Below are positions 14,394-27,154 of a stretch of 64,000 bases of DNA, one piece after another. The position numbers and the translations under genes are program-made. Under the pieces are notes generated by a model, which was given only the letters and a program-made list of their open reading frames with translations, had not been told where the DNA came from and did not search any database. Source of the stretch: Octopus vulgaris. Its lineage: Eukaryota. The stretch spans positions 38,378,001 through 38,442,000 of the forward strand of contig OX597837.1 in the NCBI GenBank assembly GCA_951406725.2, given 5' to 3'. Position 1 is the stretch's first letter, and every line of letters begins with the position of its first letter.

Positions 14394-14497
14394 GGACAAT
14401 TTAGGTGGTTTTAAAGTCAGATCATGGCTGCTATTTTCAGCATGGTGGTATTGAGTTACATACAAAATTTAGAGGACTGACCGCTATACATATATAT

Positions 14498-15103
14498 AAT
14501 TAAATAATAAGGATAGAAATTGATATTAATCAATTAAAACCAGTGGCTTAACATATTTAAAAGATCCGAAGATTGAAAATTGTGTTACATACAAAATTAT
14601 TTTGAGGACTGATCTATATGCTAAGTGGACAGCCTATATGCTAAACATAGACGTTAAATCGCCGTTACAACGAAGAATGTGTTCTCAAGAAAAATCTCAG
14701 CAAATAACCAAAATGTAAAAATAAGCAAGACAAATCAAAACATACGAAATATAAAACGATTACCCATGTACCATTGGTTTCACTTGTTAATATTTACGTA
14801 TATGAACATGCAAATATCTTCAAGATCGTCAGCGTAGTCTGTCGTTTACAAAACATAATTTCCAGAACTAGACACAGAACGCTCAACCGATATCCTGTAT
14901 GTATAAAGTTCTACAAATTATATTTAGGTGTATCTTGCAAATGCCTTCATTTGGACACATTCTTCGTGGTAATGACGATTTGACGTCTATGTTTAGCGGT
15001 CATTCCTCTTAATTTTGTATGTAACACAATGTTTAATCTTTTAAATATGCTAAGCTACTGGTTTTAATTGATTAATATCAATTTCTACCCTTATTATTTA
15101 ATT
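14498..15103. repeat. Diverged inverted repeat (arms 14498-14682 and 14955-15103), Penelope-like pseudo-LTR remnant
   Basis: taaataataaggatagaaattgatattaatcaattaaaaccagt... pairs with ...actggttttaattgattaatatcaatttctacccttattattta; a hammerhead motif lies in the spacer. Confidence 0.85.
14764..14837 (-). ncRNA. Type I hammerhead motif with extended stem II
   Basis: Minus strand ctacg-CTGACGA-tcttgaagatatttgcatgttcatatacgtaaatattaacaagt-GAAAC-caatg-GTA-catgg; intact core, long stem II, stem III acc/ggt, stem I 4 of 5 pairs. Confidence 0.7.
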
Positions 15104-15183
15104 TTAAATTTAAAAAAATGTTCTCTAATGGTAAATTGGCTGCTGGAATTTATTCCGATCTCAGCGCGCCAAGGTGAAGGCAT

Positions 15184-15398
15184 TTGAACGAAGAATTCCG
15201 AATTAAAAGAGTGGCAGCAAAATTTGTGCCTCGCTTGCTCAAGGTAGATCAAAAGCAGTCACGGCTGAATGCGTGTCGTGAACTGAAAGAACAGTTGGAA
15301 GTTGATCTGGACGTTTTTCCGAAGGTCATCACTGGTGAGGAAAGCTGGTGCTAAGGAATTTACAGATGTGGAAGAAGTGAAGAAAAAGGATGACGGAG
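15184..15398 (+). pseudogene. Internally deleted mariner transposase fragment
   Basis: Translates LNEEFRIKRVAAKFVPRLLKVDQKQSRLNACRELKEQLEVDLDVFPKVITGEESWC* (WVPxxL-like and ITGDEtW motifs), then jumps to a C-terminal FTDVEEVKK segment. Confidence 0.8.
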
Positions 15399-15400
15399 GA

Positions 15401-15702
15401 GGTGCAGGAGTGGCTGTGTGGTAAGTAGCTTGCTTACCAACCACATGGTTCCGGGTTCAGTCCCACTGCGTGGCACCTTGGGCAAGTGTCTTCTACTATA
15501 GCCTCCGGTCGACCAAAGCCTTGTGAGTGGATTTGGTAGACGGAAACTAAAAGAACTGAACTTAGCGGTTCAGCAAAAGAGACCGATAGAATAAGTACTA
15601 GGCTTACAAAGAATAAGTCCTGGTGTCGATTTCTTCGACTAAAAGGTGGTGCTCCAGCATGGCCATTGTCAAATGACTGAAACAAGTGAAAGAATAAAAG
15701 AA
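15401..15702 (+). mobile_element. SINE family A lacking the internal microsatellite
   Basis: Near-consensus head fused directly to the tail at ~15558. Confidence 0.9.
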
Positions 15703-15720
15703 TTTATATATGTATATTGC

Positions 15721-15763
<43 letters not shown>

Positions 15764-17386
15764 CAGTTGCGGCTAAAATGTTCAGAACGGCATTGTTTTC
15801 GCCAGAAAAGTAAGTATAAGTTTTTATCAAAGCTGTTCTATAATTTTCACAGACAATAAATACAATATTAATTGTTATTGTCTGAGATTTTGGTGTAATT
15901 TGAGAGGATAATACAAAAGTTATGGATGATTTAGTGATTTACTGCAAAACCCATGGCGGCCAAAATGATCAGAACGGTTGAAAAATAACAAAATAATCAA
16001 AAATGACAGAGAATACTGGAATTATTTAATATTTAGTGTGAAGCCCTTTACCTTCAATCACACTTTGACATCTTCAACTGCATGAGGAAATTAAATTTTA
16101 CATTTCTTGCTAGGTGATCTTATTCCATTCTTCCTGAAGGGCATTCCATAATTGCTCGGTTGTTTTAGGATTTCTGGCTTTCGAACGTTCTCCTAGAATA
16201 CTCCACACATTTTCAATAGGATTGAGATCTGGGCTTTGAGCAGGCCAATCCATAATAATAACCTTTTCAGCCTTGAGGAAGTTCATGACCACCTTAGCCT
16301 TGTGACATGGGGCATTATCCTGCATGAATATGGGTGGTCGCTTAGTTGAATTTCTCAGCACAGGCAAGACACGATCTTTTACAAGTTGTTTATAAACTCC
16401 TGCATTTACCTTTCCGTGTAATCGCACCAAAGAGCCCACACCATCTCCAGATATCATCCCCCAAACCATGACACTTCCTCCACCGAATTTAACACTAGTC
16501 TTAAGGCATTTAGGCGACAATTTTTCACCTACTTTTCAACGAACGTACCTTTTCCCATCTGAGCTAAATAGCATAAACTTAGATTCATCACTGAAATGCA
16601 CCGTTTGCCATTTTTCTTGAGACCACAACACATGATCAGCTGCAAAGGTAAGATGACACTTCTTATTTTTGGAGCTGATCAGTGACTTCACTGCAGGTGA
16701 TCTTGCTTGTAGGTTATGTTCAACTAAACGACGAGACACAGTTTATCGAGATAACATTTTCTTCAGTACAATGCTCATTGCCCGAGAAACAGCAGCAGCT
16801 GTTTTAAATCTGTCCTTTTTAACCAACTTTACCATAGCACGATCTTCTCTCTTGGTCGTTTTTCTTGGCGTACCTGTAGACTTTCTTGCTTCACACGAAC
16901 CACAATCATCGTAGACCTTAAGAATACCGTATACAACACTTTTTGACTTGTTAACAATCTTTGCAATAGACCCAATACTTAAATTATCCTCCTTTCGAAG
17001 CTTAATAATCTGCTGACGAATTGGTAACGGAGTAAGTGGCATTATATTAACAAAGTACACTGCAGATATTCTTACTAATGTTTAGTAAACGAACCATCAC
17101 GTAAACAAATTCAAAACATTAGAGTTCGCCGGTTAAATATACTAAAACACGGAGTAAAAGCAACCGTTCTGATCATTTTGGCCGGCATGGGTTTTGCAGT
17201 AAATCACTAAATCTTCCATAAATTTTGTATTATCCACTCAAATTACACAAAAATCTCAGACCAGAACAATTAATATTGTATTTATTGTCTGTGCAAATTA
17301 TAGAATATAAAACAACTTTGATAAAAAACTTATACCTACTTTTCTGGCGAAAACAATGCCGTTTCTGAACATTTTGGCCGCAACTG
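15764..17386 (-). mobile_element. Full-length Tc1-family DNA transposon, IR/DR type
   Basis: TIRs 15764-15980 and 17161-17386 start CAGTTG; each has the internal direct repeat gcggc(c/t)aaaatg(t/a)tcagaacgg at both ends; flanked by TA. Confidence 0.95.
16026..17042 (-). pseudogene. Tc1 transposase (DD34E), one frame, five premature stops
   Basis: MPLTPLPIRQQ...GTPRKTT...FSDESKF...QDNAPCH...SPDLNPIENVW...GLHTKY*; 34 residues between second D and E; the three track ORFs are in the same frame. Confidence 0.93.
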
Positions 17387-17440
<54 letters not shown>

Positions 17441-17946
17441 CTATAAAATAATATGTTACAATTATTCAATAGTCAATATATATATATATATACACACATA
17501 TATACAGATTCATACGTATAATATAGATAGATGGATAGATAGATAGAGACATAAATGCGATGTCTGTTTGTTGGGCCTATTCCATGTCAAAAGGCATACG
17601 CACGCACACAATTATACACACGCACGTATACATACATACATAGGAACATACATACATATACAGAGATACATACACATACACCCACATATATGTAGTTACG
17701 TAAATACATGCATGCGTATATACGTAATGCATTTACACTCATGCGTACATACATACGTGCATATATATATATATATATACATGTGTGTGTGTGCATGTGC
17801 GTGTGTGTATATAAATGTATATATATTTGCATATATACATGTATACACACACACGCACACATACACACACATATACACGGATTAGGTCCATTTAAAGGAT
17901 ATCTCTATTGACATGAAATGCGAGCATGAAAATGAAATCCTCTCTG

Positions 17947-17981
<35 letters not shown>

Positions 17982-19539
17982 CACACATTGACATGCATAT
18001 ACATGCATGTATATAAATGCATATACACATATATATGTATATATATAAACACACATATATAAATATATATACACACATATATACAGATTCATACATATAT
18101 GTACACTTACACACACACACATATATATGTATATATATATATATATATATATACACACGCACATATATGTTTGCATATATATATGTTTGCACATATATAC
18201 GCAGACTCTCAAAGTCGTTTCACACATACAAACACGCACATATACAGTGACTAACACGTATAGGTACTCACACACACGTATGTGCATGCAGTGGATATGT
18301 GTGTGTGATGTGTGTGTGTGTGTGTGTGTGCGCGCGCGCGCGCGCGTGTGTGTGTGTGTGTTCGCGTGTGTGTGTGTGTGTGTGTGTACAACTGAGAAAG
18401 TAACCCCGTTTTCCTTTCCCTTCTTCCGTCACTATATTTCATGTCACAAAAACTCACAACACTTCCATGTTGGCTGGAAAATCCTATCGTCTGCTTTTAT
18501 TGATAAGCGGCCATTTTGTTTGCGATTGGTAGAAGGCTGATTGTTAAAATGCTTAATGTATTTCCAGTGAATGGAATTGGTGGGCGGGAGAAAATCTCCA
18601 ATGAATTGACTACACGAGGAATTTTTCAGATTGGAAGATGGAATTTCGTAGAGAAACGCAAAAGAGATAAAGAGATGGAGGAAGAGAGAGCGAGAGAGAT
18701 GAGAGAGAGTGACTGAGTGAGAGGGAGGGAGACAGAGAGCAAATGCAAGTGATAGAGATAAAGAGGGGGATTAAGAAATACAAAGAGAGAGTGTGAGAGT
18801 GTAAGAGAGAGTGAGAGACAGAGAGAGATGTGTAAAGTTGAAGAGAGGGAGGGAGAGACAAAACTACTCTTTCGTGTTTTGTGTATATGTGTGTATGAAA
18901 GTGTACGTGTGAGAAGCAGAGAGAGAGAGAGAGAGATTAGGGGAGAGAGTGAATTGTTTTGTTTGTGTATGTTTGTGTGTTTCTGAGAGAGAAGGGGGAA
19001 GAGGGAGAGAGAAAAGTTAAGAGGTAAAGAGTGGGACAGATTTTGTGTATGTGTATATATGCAGATGTGAGACAGAGAGAGAGGGGGGTATTAAGAGATT
19101 CAAAGGGGTAGAGAGGGATTTTATGTGTATGTGCGCGTGTGTGAGAGAAATATAAGAGAGAGAGAGAGAGGCAGAGAGACAAATCGACAGACAGACAGAT
19201 AGACAGACCGACAGAAAAAGCCAATGAGAGCTTGTGTATTTGCGTGTGTACGTAAGATTGTGTGAGTACGTACGTTAAAAAGAGAAAGAGAGGGGGAGAT
19301 AGAGGCAGGTGGTAAAACTGAAGGACTCTTAGAAAAAGGAGATCGAAAAAATAAAGGAACGTGTTAAAGTAGATAATGAAACAGTGACGAAAAATGACTG
19401 AAGCAGACGACAGAGAGAAAGAGAGAGAGTGGGGAGAATGGGAGAGAGAGAGAAGGAGAGAGAATGAAATGAGTAATTGGAGAGACGGGAGAATGGAGAA
19501 AGAATATTTTGGCAGGTGATGGTGGTACCGAGGTGCAAT

Positions 19540-19571
<32 letters not shown>

Positions 19572-19601
19572 ATCGAAGAAGAAGAAAAAGAAGACATTAA
19601 C

Positions 19602-19621
19602 AATGATGATGATGATGATAG

Positions 19622-19677
<56 letters not shown>

Positions 19678-19867
19678 TTGTTTTTGCTATTGGTGTTGTT
19701 GGGGGTTGTTATTGTTCATGATGGTGATGATGATGATGATGATGATGAGGAGGAGGAGGAGGAGGAGGAGGAGGACAACGACGACGACGCCGACAACGGC
19801 AACGATGACGGTGGTGATTGTTATGGTGGTGGCTGCCGTCGTCGTGGTGACGGCAATGATAATAATC

Positions 19868-19958
<91 letters not shown>

Positions 19959-20248
19959 CGATGATGATGATGATGACGATGATGATGATGACGATGATGA
20001 TGATGACGATGATGATGGTGGTTGTGGTGGTGGTAGTGATTGTGTTGTTGGTGGTGGTGGTGGCGGCGGTGGCGGCGTCGGTATTGGTGGTTACGTTGAC
20101 AATGGGTGGCGTTAAAGATTGTGGTTGTGCTTGTGATGGTATCGGCGCTGGTATCGCAAGTGATGACGGTGGTAGATGCAATGGTGGTGGTGGCGGTGGT
20201 AACAATGGCGGCAGTGGTGGTGATGGTGGTGGTGATAGCGATGGCAGA

Positions 20249-20300
<52 letters not shown>

Positions 20301-20310
20301 GCGATGGTGA
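19602..20310. repeat. (GAT)n/(GGT)n trinucleotide compound repeat
   Basis: Direct reading. Confidence 0.95.
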
Positions 20311-20780
20311 TGCAGATGGTACTTGCTGCTGCCGTTCTTAGTTGCAGCAGCTGTGATGGTTGAATGGTTAGTTGGTTAACTGGTTAGTGGTGGCGGCGAT
20401 GGTGGTGTTGGTAGCGATAGTAGTGGTTTGCGGCCCGGCGGCTCGGTGGCTCGGCGGCAGCGGTGATGGCGGTTTTGATTCGATGCGGCATGGTGGGACG
20501 GGGGTGGCTTCTGGAGAATTCTGGTGAATGGTTGAGAGAGGGCGGAGGTTAGGGTGGTGTTTTGGGTGGTGAAGTTGGATACTTCGAAATGGTATTACAA
20601 CTGATGGTGAGTGGTTTTTATATGAGTGTGCATGTGTATGTATGTATGTGTATATATGAGTGTGTATGTGTACGTATGTGTGTATATGTGTGCATGTGTA
20701 TGTATGTGCGTGTATGTATGTGTATGTACATGTGTATATGTGTGTATGTGTATGTATGTGCGTATATATGTATATATATA

Positions 20781-21374
20781 TATATGTATGTATATGTGTG
20801 TATGCATACGAATTCATATATGCGTGTGTTTGTAAATATGTGTATGTATGAATATACGCATGTTTAAGTATTATGTGTATGTATGTGCATATGTGCGTGT
20901 ATACGTATGTATGTGTATATAAGTGTAAGCATGTATATGGATATACTCGTATGTATGTGTATATGGATATATGTATAAATATGTATGTGTATGTACGTGT
21001 GTGTGTTTGGTTGGAATGGGTTGTGTTAGTGCTACTATTCGTGGTGGTGGTGGTGGTGGTTCTAGTTGTGTATATGTATGTATATGTGTGTATGCATACG
21101 AATGTGCATATGCGTGTGTTTGTAAATATGTGTATGTATGAATATACGCATGTGTATGAATGTATGTGCATGTATGCGTATGTTCATGTGTGTCTATATA
21201 TATATATATATTTATATATATCCATATAAGCATGTATATGGATATACTCGTATGTATGTGTATATGGATATATGTATAAATATGTATGTGTATGTACGTG
21301 TGTGTGTTTGGTTGGAATGGGTTGTGTTAGTGCTACTATTCGTGGTGGTGGTGGTGGTGGTGGTTCTAGTTGTG
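20781..21374. repeat. ~290-bp tandem duplication
   Basis: 20781-21070 is repeated at 21071-21374, including the unique segment ttggttggaatgggttgtgttagtgctactattcgtggt. Confidence 0.85.
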
Positions 21375-22769
21375 GTGGTGGTGATGGTGGTGGTGATGGT
21401 GATGGTGGTGGTGGTGGTTGCAATGGGTGGTTCATGAAACCGGTTAGTACCGTGAGTAGCAGCGATGGCGACGCTGAGGACGATGGTAGTGGTATCGGTT
21501 GATGGCTTAGTTGGTATAACATCGTGCAATTTGTACCACTACCAGCCACCCTGACAAACCACCCACCCCGCCGCCCTACCAATCATCGACACCGCCGCCG
21601 CCGCCGCCGCCACCATCGTCATCCTGCTCTCCTGCTCTACATCGCCCACCTCCAACCTCCAGGCACTCGCGCGTTCGTTCGCTCGCTCTTTTAGCCCGTG
21701 TTTCGACGTTTCGATTCAAATGTTTGTACAAATGAAGAGAATACAACGCCATCTTGTCAAATCTCGTTAAAAGGAATTAGTGAGTTGGCCCGGATTAAAA
21801 ACTCGACCTGCGCCGTCGTCCGCACCACCAGTACCACAACCACAACCACCACCACCACCATTACTACAACCGAATCACGCTACCCTTCTTTCCATTCTTC
21901 CTTATCACCGTCCTTTACTTCCAGTGCCACACCCTATACCACCACCACCACCATCACCACCACCACTACACCACCATCACCACCACCACAACCACCATTA
22001 CCACCACTATCACTATCTCCAACATCACTACCATCAGCACCACTAGAACCACCAAACCTCACCCCACAACCATACCCCACCAACACCGCTACCACTACAA
22101 GCGATCCACAACAACCCCAACCATCACATCACCACCAGCACCACCACCACCACCACTACACTACAACCACCACCAACAACAACAACACTACCACCAACAC
22201 AACCGCCGCAATCATTGCCACTAAAACTAGCACCACAACCACTGAAACCCCCTCACCAGTACCTCCACCACCACCGCCACTGTCATCACCACCACTACAA
22301 CCACTAATGCTACAAACACTCACCATGGCCACCCACACTGACTTCACACGCCGCCGTCACTTTCACCCGTTCCTCTTCTGCGCCTTCATTCCTCATCACA
22401 CGATTCGTATTTTCTGCCCCTAATCTTCATTCTTGTTGTTGCTGTTGACGTCTTCTTCTTCCTCCTCCTCCTCCACCTCTTATTCTTCTTTTATTTATTC
22501 TTCCCTCCCTCCCTCCCTCTTACTTTCTCATTCTCTCTCTCTCTCTCTCTCGCTATATGTTCATTCACACATATTCAGACACACACACACACACACATAC
22601 ACACACACACAGACGTATATACATACATACGTATACCCATATGAACAGATCCTTGTCTTTCTTTCTCTCTATCTCTCTCTATCGCTCACTTTCTCCCTCT
22701 TTCTCTCTCCCTCTTTCTCTGACTTTCTGTATGCATGTATGTATATATATATACATATATGTATGTGTA

Positions 22770-22966
22770 TGTTTGTGCTTCCCCCAACATCGCTTGACAA
22801 CCGATGCTGGTGTGCTTACATCCCCGTAACGTACAGGTTCGGCAAAAGAGGCCGATAGAATAAGTACCAGGCTTACAAATAAAATAAGTCCTGCGGTCGA
22901 TTTGTTCGACTAAAGGTGGTGCTCCAGCATGGCCACAATCAAATGACTGAAACAAGTAAAAAGAAA
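22770..22966 (+). mobile_element. SINE family A, 3' half
   Basis: cccccaacatcgcttgacaaccgatgctgg...gactgaaacaagtaaa. Confidence 0.85.
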
Positions 22967-22997
22967 TGTATATATATATATATTCTTTAATTTTTTA

Positions 22998-23402
22998 TTC
23001 TTTTACTTGTTTCAGTCATTTGACTGCGGCCATGCTGGAGCAACCGCCTTTAGTCGAACAAATCGACCCCAGCACGTACTTATTCTATCGGTCTCTTTGC
23101 CGAACCGCTAGTTACGGGGACGACCAGCATCGGTTGTCAAGGTGGCAGCTGGCAGAAACATTAGCACGCTTATTAGCGGTATCTGCCGTTACGTTCTGAG
23201 TTCAAATTGCGAGGTCGACTTTGCCTTTCATCCCGGGGTCTAAGGTTACGCACTGGGGTCGATGTAATCGACTTAATACCTATGTCTGTCCTTGTTTGTC
23301 CCCTCTGTGTTTAGCCCTTGTGGGTAATAAAGAAATAGGTTGTCAAGTGATCTTGGGGGGGGGGAGCACAAAAACACACACACACACACACGCACACACA
23401 CA

Positions 23403-23489
<87 letters not shown>

Positions 23490-23650
23490 ACACACACTTT
23501 CAGTTTCCGTCTACCAAATCCACTCACAAGGCTTTGGTCGGCCCGAGGCTATAGTAGAAGACACTTGCTCAAGGTGCCACACACTGGGACTGAACCCGGA
23601 ACCATGAGGTTTGTAAGCAAGCTACCATACAGCCAGGCCACTCCTGCGCC
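22998..23650 (-). mobile_element. SINE family A interrupted by a SINE family B
   Basis: Tail 22998-23140, resumes at ~23340, head ends ...ctcctgcgcc at 23650. Confidence 0.85.
23139..23340 (+). mobile_element. SINE family B nested in family A
   Basis: Flanked by direct repeat ggttgtcaag (23132-23141 and 23338-23347). Confidence 0.8.
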
Positions 23651-23663
23651 TATGTGTGTGTGT

Positions 23664-23830
23664 GGCGTGGCTATGTGGTAAGAATCTTGCTTCTCATCCG
23701 CATGGTTCCGGATTCACCCTCCACTGCGTGGCACATTGGCCAATCCGTTTCTACGATAGACTCGGACCGACAAAAGATTTGTGCGTAGATCTCGGAGACG
23801 GAAACTGAAAGAAGTCCGTCATATACATTT

Positions 23831-23880
<50 letters not shown>

Positions 23881-24115
23881 TTGTGTGTGTGTGTGTGTGT
23901 GTGTCTTTGTACCTGTGTTTGTCGCCCCCATCGCCGTTTAACAACTGATAATTGTGTGTTTATGTCCCAGTAACCAAGCGGTTCGGCCACGGGGCTCGAT
24001 AAAATAAGTATCAGGCTTTAAGAAATGTCCGAGTTCTATTCATTCGACTAAAAAATATTCAAGGCGTCTCTCTAGTTTTGTCGCAGTGAAAGAATCACAG
24101 AAGCGAGTAAAAGAT
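23664..24115 (+). mobile_element. SINE family A, diverged full length
   Basis: Head ggcgtggctatgtggtaag, internal TA/TG, degraded tail. Confidence 0.7.
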
Positions 24116-24449
24116 AAAATGAATGACTGTATGTATGTATGTATGTATGTATGTATGTATGCATGTATTATGTATGTATGTATGTGTGTATGTATGTATG
24201 TATGTATGTATGTATGTATGTATGTATGTATGTATGTATGTATGTATGTATGCATGTATGTAAGTATGTATGTAGAAAGATGTGTGTATATAAAGTCATA
24301 AATGACAGAGAAATACTCTGATGAAATTTTATTTAACAATAAGAAAATTCCAATATCACAACAAATTGTTTCGTAACTTGAAAACAAGTAAATAATTTAT
24401 ATTATTATTATTTAATAATAAACTATTTACATCTGAATTAATGCAAAAT

Positions 24450-24574
24450 CCGAGGTTGCGAGGATGGTCCGGTTCTCGACTGGGGATTGGGGGCTTCGAA
24501 TGACCCGTCCGTGTTTTTTGTGTCATCTTCTGGATGTTTTGCGCTCTTGTCCCATTTTGTATTTATATATATGT

Positions 24575-24618
<44 letters not shown>

Positions 24619-24693
24619 TAATCCCTCGAGTATCACGGTTGTTACGTCCTAAATGCCCCCGCGATAGGTGAACCGCGATATGGCGAGGGATTA

Positions 24694-24763
<70 letters not shown>

Positions 24764-24905
24764 GTATGCATGTATAAAAATATGTATATATAAATACAAA
24801 ATGGGACAAGAACGTAAAACATTCAAATAGACGATACAAAAAACGGACGTGCCATTCGAAGCCTCCAATCTTCAGTCAAGAACCGGATCATCCTCACAAT
24901 TTCGG
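24450..24905. repeat. Two oppositely oriented copies of one retroposon-like repeat flanking microsatellite
   Basis: 24450-24570 is a diverged reverse complement of 24786-24905; a third diverged copy lies at ~50810-50992. Confidence 0.8.
24616..24696. mobile_element. Short pogo/Tigger-like MITE
   Basis: TIRs gtaatccctcg (24618-24628) / cgagggattactg (24684-24696) followed by TA; internal atcacggtt/aaccgcgat pairing. Confidence 0.65.
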
Positions 24906-24968
24906 CTGATTAATCTTGAGATTGCTCCGATCTGGCCAGCCCCAAGGAAAAACTAAGCTACGAGCATT

Positions 24969-25011
<43 letters not shown>

Positions 25012-25213
25012 CATTCATACAACATACAATGTACTCTCACTCACATATATGCACGTATGTATACGACGGTCCATCTACCAAATTCAATGACAAGTCTTTG
25101 GTCGGCCAAGTGCTATAGCAGAAGGAACTTGACCAAGGTGCCACGCAGTTGGACTGAACCTGAAACCACATGATTGGGTAGAAAGCTTCTCTACCACACA
25201 CCCATGCCTATCC

Positions 25214-25297
<84 letters not shown>

Positions 25298-25313
25298 GTC
25301 TATCTATCTATCA

Positions 25314-25346
<33 letters not shown>

Positions 25347-25469
25347 CCTCATTCACCACTATACTCTGGATCTTTCTCACTATATCTTTCACTCTCAATA
25401 CCTCTCACTCTTTCCTTCTCGCTCTCTTCAACTTCCCCTCCCCATACCTTACTCCAACACCACTGCTCT

Positions 25470-25822
25470 TCAGAATTGGCAAAATGCGTAGCCGTATTTC
25501 GTCTGCCGCTACGTTCTGAGTTCAAATTCCGCCGAGGTTGGATTTGCCTTTCATTCTTTCAGGGTCGATAAATTAAGTACCAGTCACGCACTGGGGTCGG
25601 TGTAATCGACTTAATCCGTTTGTCTGTCCTTGTTTGTCCCCTCTGTGTTTAGCCCCTTGTGGGTAGTAAAAAAATAGGTATTTCGTCTGCCGTTACGTTC
25701 TGAGTTCAAATTCCGCCGAGGTCGACTTTGCCTTTCGTCTTTTCGGGTGTCTATAAATTAAGTACCGGTTGTGTACTGGGGTCGATCTAATTGACTGGAC
25801 CCTCCCCAAAAGTTTCGGGCCT
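25470..25822 (+). mobile_element. SINE family B, two internal units
   Basis: Same core and tail as other family B copies. Confidence 0.85.
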
Positions 25823-26884
25823 TGTACCTAGATTAGAAAAAATGCATATCGCTTCTTCACTCAATTTCCTTCTTGCATTCTCTGTCCCACACTCATTCTC
25901 TCTCGGACACTCAATTTCTCTCCCACACTCAACCTATCCTCTACGCTCAATGTCTGTTTCACACTCTCCCTCCATCACCTTTCTTCCTTCACTCACTTTC
26001 TCTCCCTCTCTCTCTCTCTCTCCCCAACTCTCTCTTCGAAACGCTCTCTCTCTCTCTCTCCTTCATCACTCTCCCGTCTCTTTTCAACCGTCCGACAACA
26101 CTTTCACTCTTTCTCTCTCCACCTCCCACCCACCCACCCACCTCCACAATCCCCCCTCCCCCTACAACCACCTCACATCCCCGTCCCCACCTATCTCTTT
26201 TACTCCCTTTCCTTCACCACCACCACCCTCTCCACCCCCTCCACCCCCCACCGTTTATCTACTCTCGATGCACCTTTCTTACACCCAACATCTCACACCA
26301 CCTCCTCCATCAACATGCAGCCCTTTTTCCGTCATCAGACCAATCACCTGAGTACTACGATATGATTACCCAAACATGTCATACAACACACAATCAGCTG
26401 TATTGTTATGTCCTTAAATCGCCCCTTTATCTTCACCGACAACAATCGCCGCCACGCCCGCCATTTTCTTTTCCGACATTTTCTATATATTTTAGCTTTA
26501 TTACATTCCTTTCTCTTCCCCTCTCTTCTTCTTAACCTATCCAACCAAACCATCCATCGCAAATAATTTTATTGCATTCCGATTCTTGCCAGAATTCTTG
26601 CAATCTCTGTCGTCTGCTTCAATCATTTCTTTCTCTTCTGAAACCACTGCATTTGTTTTTATAACGTTTTATAAATTTTCTTTTTTTTTTGTGTGTGTTT
26701 CTCCTTGTCTTTTTGTTTATAGTTTTTATCTTCTTCGCCTGCCATTGTTGTTGTTGTTGTTGTTGTTGCTCTTCTTCTTCTTCTTCTTCTTCTTCTTCTT
26801 CTTCTCCATTTGCTCAACTTCCTCGCCTAATATGATTATATCTATCTGTTCATCTCTCTCTCTCGCTCTCTTTCTCTCTCTCTT

Positions 26885-26981
<97 letters not shown>

Positions 26982-27059
26982 GTAGATAGATAGATAGATA
27001 GATAGGTAGATGGAGAGAGAGGGAGATTGAGATAGAGAGAGAGAGATCATCTCTTCTTT

Positions 27060-27094
27060 CACCAAGTCTATTCCTCTAACTTTACCCCTCCCTC

Positions 27095-27154
<60 letters not shown>

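Noticed and set aside
21698-22423. 241-aa Thr/Pro/His-rich ORF resembling a mucin or transcription-factor region
   Set aside because: Built on degenerate (ACC)n, non-ATG start, no domain, no convincing splice sites.
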